NCBI GenBank assembly: GCA_964016885.1
Contig: OZ024741.1
Span: 62,992,001-63,056,000, forward strand
Length of the DNA stretch: 64,000 nucleotides
Direction of reading: 5' to 3'
Source: Eledone cirrhosa
Lineage: Eukaryota
The notes beneath the pieces are model-generated. The model was not told the origin of the DNA, ran no database searches, and saw nothing but the letters and a program-made list of their open reading frames with translations. The position numbers were made by a program, and so were the translations under genes. How positions within the stretch are numbered: the first letter of the stretch is position 1; every line of letters starts with the position of its first letter. Below, piece by piece: positions 58,363-64,000 of this stretch.

Positions 58363-58570
58363 TTAAAATAACAGATTAAAGTTTAAGCAAAGAATCGCTG
58401 CTTTCACCCTTAAGGGGATCTTCCGAAGATCCCGTTAAGGGCGAAAGCAGCGATTCTTTGCTTAACTTTAATGTTATTTTAATAAATATTTGCTCTAGGG
58501 TTCTTATATATTTGATATATATTCATCCTTATCGAGCCCTCTTTGGATTTTAGTCTTCACATTTATTATT
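58361..58570. mobile_element. Family E fold-back mini-element with its axis inside the HHR core
   Basis: gggatcttc|cgaagatccc at 58423/58424, with the tail on plus. Confidence 0.85.
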
Positions 58571-58585
58571 ATTATTATTATTATA

Positions 58586-58630
<45 letters not shown>

Positions 58631-58709
58631 CCAGAAAAAAGAGAGAAAGAAATAAAAAAGGAAAAAAACATTTTTTCTTTCTAATAATCGTATATATACA
58701 CACACACAA

Positions 58710-58924
58710 AAGGAGTCGATCGACTTTCGTCAAATCGGACCGAGGGAACAATGTTTCCGTCGGTCTTTCCAATTGCTAATACTATCTATCGGTCGCAACT
58801 CCAGGTAGGAGCAACGTGAAATAAAGTGTCTTGCCCAAGGACATAACGCATCACCTGGTCCAGGAATCGAACTCACAACCTTATGATTGCGAATCCAATT
58901 CTCTAACCACTCAGCCACACGCCT
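58710..58924 (-). mobile_element. tRNA-derived CORE-like SINE
   Basis: Close match to 16622-16836. Confidence 0.85.
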
Positions 58925-58932
58925 TCACACAC

Positions 58933-59345
58933 AATGTAAATGAAAATCAAAGAGTGTTTAAATCTTCAAATATTTAATCAGTAGCAATCGTTTCATCCTA
59001 ACCCAACGCCGTTTTCATCGGAGTTGATATATGTACTTAATTTTTGTTGGTTTTATCTGCTCCTAAATTTTATTGCATTTATCTCCTCCTATTCTTCATT
59101 TTTCTTTTTCCGCCTCTGTTATCTTATATAGATTTTTATGCTTATGCTTATCTACCCTGCCATATTATGTATCCTCCTAATGTCCTTGTGACAAATTTTA
59201 TATTTCTGTTTGACTTTTGTTATCAACTCCGATAAATCCGGTCTTCTGCTAGGATGAAACGGTCATCAGTGATTAAATATTTGAAAGTTTAAACACTCTT
59301 TGATTTTCATTTACATTATATTTCGGCTCTGTATTATACTTGTTA
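58933..59345. mobile_element. Family G inverted-repeat element with degenerate CCGATGA-type HHRs
   Basis: 58933-59029 is inverted at 59221-59317. ACT-CCGAT(G/A)A-ATCC..GGAT-GAAAC. Confidence 0.65.
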
Positions 59346-59663
59346 TATTTTACATGGAGGTATTTTTATATTTTATATTTGTAAGGTGGTAATATTTATT
59401 ATTACCCACCTTACATATATATATATATATATAATAGATAATCGACATGATCCCAGACCTAATTCACTTAACGAGTGGAGGGAAACTCGACAAACCGGAC
59501 CAAGGAAACTATGTTTCTATTGGTCTTTCTAATTGCTAACACTATCTACCCGTCGCAAATCCAGAATGTACTTGAGGAAGACACTTTATTTCATGTTGTT
59601 CCTTCTGCCTGGATTTGCGCCTGGTAGACACTATTAGTAATTGGAATCACCAATGAAAAAAAA

Positions 59664-59781
<118 letters not shown>

Positions 59782-61719
59782 TACAGCTCATATGTAATGA
59801 AAGGAATAGTTAGATAAAATAATTCAAAAAGTATCTCTATACACATACACATACATAGATAAATCATATCCATTTGATTCTAGTCGGGAATGATGGAATA
59901 TTTACTTTTATTTTTATCAAACAATTCTCTTTATCTTAATGTCCAAAGTTGGAAAGTAGATCAGGCATAGATGATATACCCATATGTGTGTATGTACATG
60001 CATATGTGAATAAAAACCTTTAAATATATAAACGGATACACACATATGTTAATATATATATTTATCTATGTGTGCAATCTATGAGTGCAATATATAAACA
60101 AGTATATATATATATATATAAACAAGAATAATTCAATGAACAAAGGATTAAACACAATATGTAGAGTTGACATAATTGTCAAACCGTCTTAATTTATATT
60201 TAAGTAACCATAAGAGTCTTTATACACATTTTGGAATGCAAATGAATTCGGGAGTTAACCATATCGGAAGATTTGATTATGATTTATGATAAGGTAAATG
60301 TAGATGAAAACAAACATAAGATTCTCGGTTTTTGCTAACCATCAACTTACCGGTCTATCATAGTAGGAAAACGATTTACAAAATGACTAAAAGTAAATAT
60401 GTATTCACATGGAAAGGGTGCGATTATCCTAAACAAATCTACTATAGGTGAACATCTACGTATATTCGAAGTTTTAGAGTTGTCTAAAATGGGAGACAAA
60501 AAGTTTTACAATTTACTGAAGATGGTGAAAAAAATTACTTTGGCTTAATGTAGTGAAAATTTGATATATTAGAGTGGAAGTAATTACCACTATTATTTTT
60601 TGATAAGTGGGGTTATGGAGCTGTTGTTTGTGGAATAATGCTAGAGATCAGGATTTGGGGGATACAGTGTACGAAAGAGATGCAAATGAAACACAGACAT
60701 TATGGAAGTTATTTATAATTGTCTAAACGTTGGAAACATTGTGTGAGAAATACTAACATTATAATAATATTATAACAGATAGCCATCTATATCAGAGGAA
60801 TATTGTTAGAAAATGTTGCTACATTGTGATATAAAACCATACCAAACAATGAGAAAATATAGACTAAATAGATCCACTGTTAAGCTGTTCTGTGCAAATA
60901 AAATACAATGTTAGATAACGTGTGTAAATATCTAATTCTGGCTATTTTCTATATGAATACGATGACGGTGGGAATTGGTTTATTGAACACAAACAAAAAT
61001 ATTGAAAAGGTGGTACAATAACTATATGTAAATTGTTAGTACGTGTGTGAGTTGGTTAATAAGGAATATATCGGATGTATATAACACAAAGAATACGTTC
61101 AATGTAATGTAATATATCAGATAACTCATGTAACTACCAAACAGTAATAATACATAGAAGAAAAACATATTAGAAAAAGACAATAAGGTTGGAACAAAAT
61201 AGGAATACGTATTCATTCATAAAGTATTACACCAAAGATCAAAATCTACAGCATAAACGTTATGATATAGAGGAAAAGTGGAAAAACACAGATTTAAATG
61301 TCATCAAAGAAATTATTTTGCAAAAACAAAAAAAAATCGATTGCGTCTTATTATAGAAAAAAATTCTTACTGCACACAGAAACTCACACACCTCAAATAT
61401 ACGCATATGTACAATATTTAAATTCGTTTGGAGATAACACTAAATAGACACTATTAGACAATGAGTGAGCCTCTATAGGTTACGAGAAGTAGATACATTC
61501 TCTTCAATACACAACCTTGTATATGAATCGACGTGAGAGACCTTTGCATCATACCTGGAGGTGGAATAATTTACGGCCCAAACACCACCAGATGATACAC
61601 TCGCGTATTAGAATAGGAATTAGGCAATAATACGGTCTTGTGTTCCCTAAAACTAGGATCAACAATCACAGCACACTTTTAGCATTATGAATACGTTTAT
61701 TGCTACAAAAAAGCATTCG

Positions 61720-61830
61720 ATCAGTTAGAGTCGTTAGAGTGTTGTCTTATTTTTCCGAGTTTCTGCGTTCTGTTTCTGTGGATTATTTTGCCTTTCATGC
61801 ATTCAGGGTCAATAAATAAAGTACCAGCCC
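61720..61830 (+). mobile_element. Old Nin/Deu-like SINE fragment
   Basis: ttttgcctttcatgcattcagggtcaataaataaagtaccag. Confidence 0.55.
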
Positions 61831-62363
61831 AGTCATCTCCATTTCCAGACTAGTCAAGGTGTCTACATACTCGTGAATAGTCGGACACTTAAAATCCTTA
61901 GCAAATCTTGGTCCTGACTACCAATTCTTGCTCGATTGTGATTGACGGATGTAAGTTATTTGACATATGCACACGCAACAAATGCCGGCTGGTGGACAAA
62001 TAAGATACGAGTACATTTCGAAAAATAAATCACCAATTAGAAGTAAAACAGGTATAGTCAATCTCTTAGTTTTTTTCTCTCTATGTGCAGAGTGAACAAC
62101 GGATTCTACTTCACGGCTGTTGAAATTGTCACAGCAAGGCTTATAAACTGTAATTATTACTGCATTCAATTTAGATTTCCTTAAAAGCTTACTGTTTTCA
62201 TCTACCAAATTTCATTCACAAAGCTTGAGTCTAACCAGGACTATGGTAAAGGACAGCTAACAAAGATGCGACTGTGGCTTCAAATAACCAGTAAGCCCTG
62301 CTTACGACTAAACCAGATACAATGTATATATATATATACACGCATGTACACAAACGCCCACAC

Positions 62364-62416
<53 letters not shown>

Positions 62417-62842
62417 ATATTATTCAAAATATTAATAAATGAAACATATTCTCATAATCAGTATATATATTTTATTATACATATTTCAAAGGTACAATGG
62501 TGTTTAAGTACGTTTTCATCAGACAAAATATAAGATTTGATATGCGACATACTGCTACGGTTTTGGTTATTCAATTCCAGTATTGGCAATACTGGAATTG
62601 AATAATCAAAACCGTAGCGGTATGTTGCATATCAAATCCCATATTTTGTCTGATGAGAACGTACTTAAACACCATTTGTAGTACCTTTGAAATATGTATA
62701 ATAAAATATATATACTGATTATGAGAATATTTTGCATTTATTAATATTTTGAATAATATTAAATACTCCAGGAAAATCCTTGTCGAGTGCTTCTAATCTA
62801 TTGTATTCGTTGAATAATCAATGAACTATATTAATCTTTGGT
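62417..62842. mobile_element. Family D fold-back element with two HHRs and a tail
   Basis: Palindrome centred at 62586. HHRs at 62470-62528(-) and 62644-62706(+). The tail is homologous to 19815-19900. Confidence 0.88.
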
Positions 62843-62879
62843 TATATATATATATATATATATATATAAACACGCCAAT

Positions 62880-63960
62880 ATATGTATAGTCTTTTAGTCT
62901 GGAATGTTTCGGTATCTATATATATTAAACACCCTATATACATTTGTGCGCTTTGGGCTATACAGAAATGATACCTTTGCAATAGCTCGCAATGAAAGCT
63001 GACATGCATTAGATAGATTAAGAAAAGCGACCATACAAACCTTCAAAACTTTCGGCTTAAGATTAACTATAGAATCTTACGTTGCCACTGTCAACTTCGT
63101 TTATGTAACATTAGACCTACAAAATAACCAATACAAGCCCTATAGAAAACCAAACGATAGACCTTCCTACAAAAATGCCACCCACAAATAGTGTTTTAAG
63201 AATCTCGTGAAAAATATTAGCAGAAGAATCTCAAGAGAAATTTGACAAAGCGGCCCTCATCTATAATGCCCTAGAAGTAAATGAATTCAAGAATAGAATT
63301 AACTATAACACTATTCCAGCAAATGCGGAGACAACTAGATCCCAATGAATGATTCGGTTCACGCCTTCCTTCTCACTGAACGCCAAGACTAACATCGGCA
63401 GAATATTCCTTGCTCTAGTCGATAAACACTTTCCTCCTAGCCACCGTTACAGGAAAGTTAAATTTAGTTTAATATTCAATCTATTCTTACCAGTACCCAA
63501 CCCTGCCGGACGCTCATGTAGGGTCAGAAATGGGGCGTATAAGACAGAAGCCATAGTCTACGAGGTATTAATGAAATCACCAAACCCAAAGAGCACCATC
63601 AATCTCAAGTGGCACACCTCAAGTGGCACATCTCAAGTGGCACATCTCAAGTGGCACATCGGTCTTACGGAACAAAAGTTTAAAGAACGCTACAACAATT
63701 ATAGGTCGTCGTTCCGCCACAGGAGAAAAGGTTCTCCAACCATATATGGAAACTGAAAGAGGCTCTACTGATTATAACATCAGTTGGTCGATAGAAGAGA
63801 AGTGTAGAGAAGTGTAAAACAAACGCCAATGGTTCGAAGGGGTGCGGACTCTGCAAAACCGAGAGATGGCTTATATGGATAGATTCACTATATACAAACT
63901 CATGCCTCATTCGAAGACGAAATTTGTAAGCCACGCCCATATGACACTAGCTATATTCTC
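62880..63960 (+). pseudogene. Degenerate PLE (RT end + GIY-YIG)
   Basis: GLYRND, VNFVYVTLDL, YKPYRKPND, FTPSFSLNAKTNIGRIFLALVDKHFP, IGLTEQKFKERYNNYRSSF and CGLC. Confidence 0.88.
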
Positions 63961-64000
63961 CACTTTTGTTCACCAAATATACAGGCACCGACCAGCCACC

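Noticed and set aside
59800-61700. Possible host exons in unique-looking AT-rich DNA
   Set aside because: There is no recognisable ORF or splice-supported frame, though small exons cannot be excluded without RNA data.

Overview
This is AT-rich eukaryotic (metazoan) repetitive DNA, saturated with microsatellites. The SINE and LINE content suggests an octopod cephalopod (inference). I see no credible host gene, and most track ORFs are (TA)n/(CA)n/(ATGT)n artefacts. The window is a nest of retroelements: (i) at least six remnants of Penelope-like elements (PLEs) with RT plus a C-terminal GIY-YIG carrying CxCx5C, KW, CxxC and C-x-H motifs (Hydra-clade-like); (ii) a near-full-length RTE LINE with three C2H2 fingers, plus bipartite non-autonomous derivatives clustered in (ATGT)n; (iii) CR1-group LINE fragments; (iv) two tRNA-SINE families and one Tc1-like MITE. 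The main hidden signal is non-coding. About 30 minimal type-I hammerhead ribozyme (HHR) motifs, intact or degenerate, from 10 or more sequence families can be folded by hand. They lie in PLE 3' ends, in small fold-back elements inserted in (TA)n whose symmetry axis often falls inside the ribozyme, and in a ~420-540 bp retrozyme-like tandem repeat. That repeat has an ATGCAAAT octamer about 80 bp upstream of the ribozyme, reminiscent of newt satellite 2. All ribozyme calls are manual folds and none is tested for activity.
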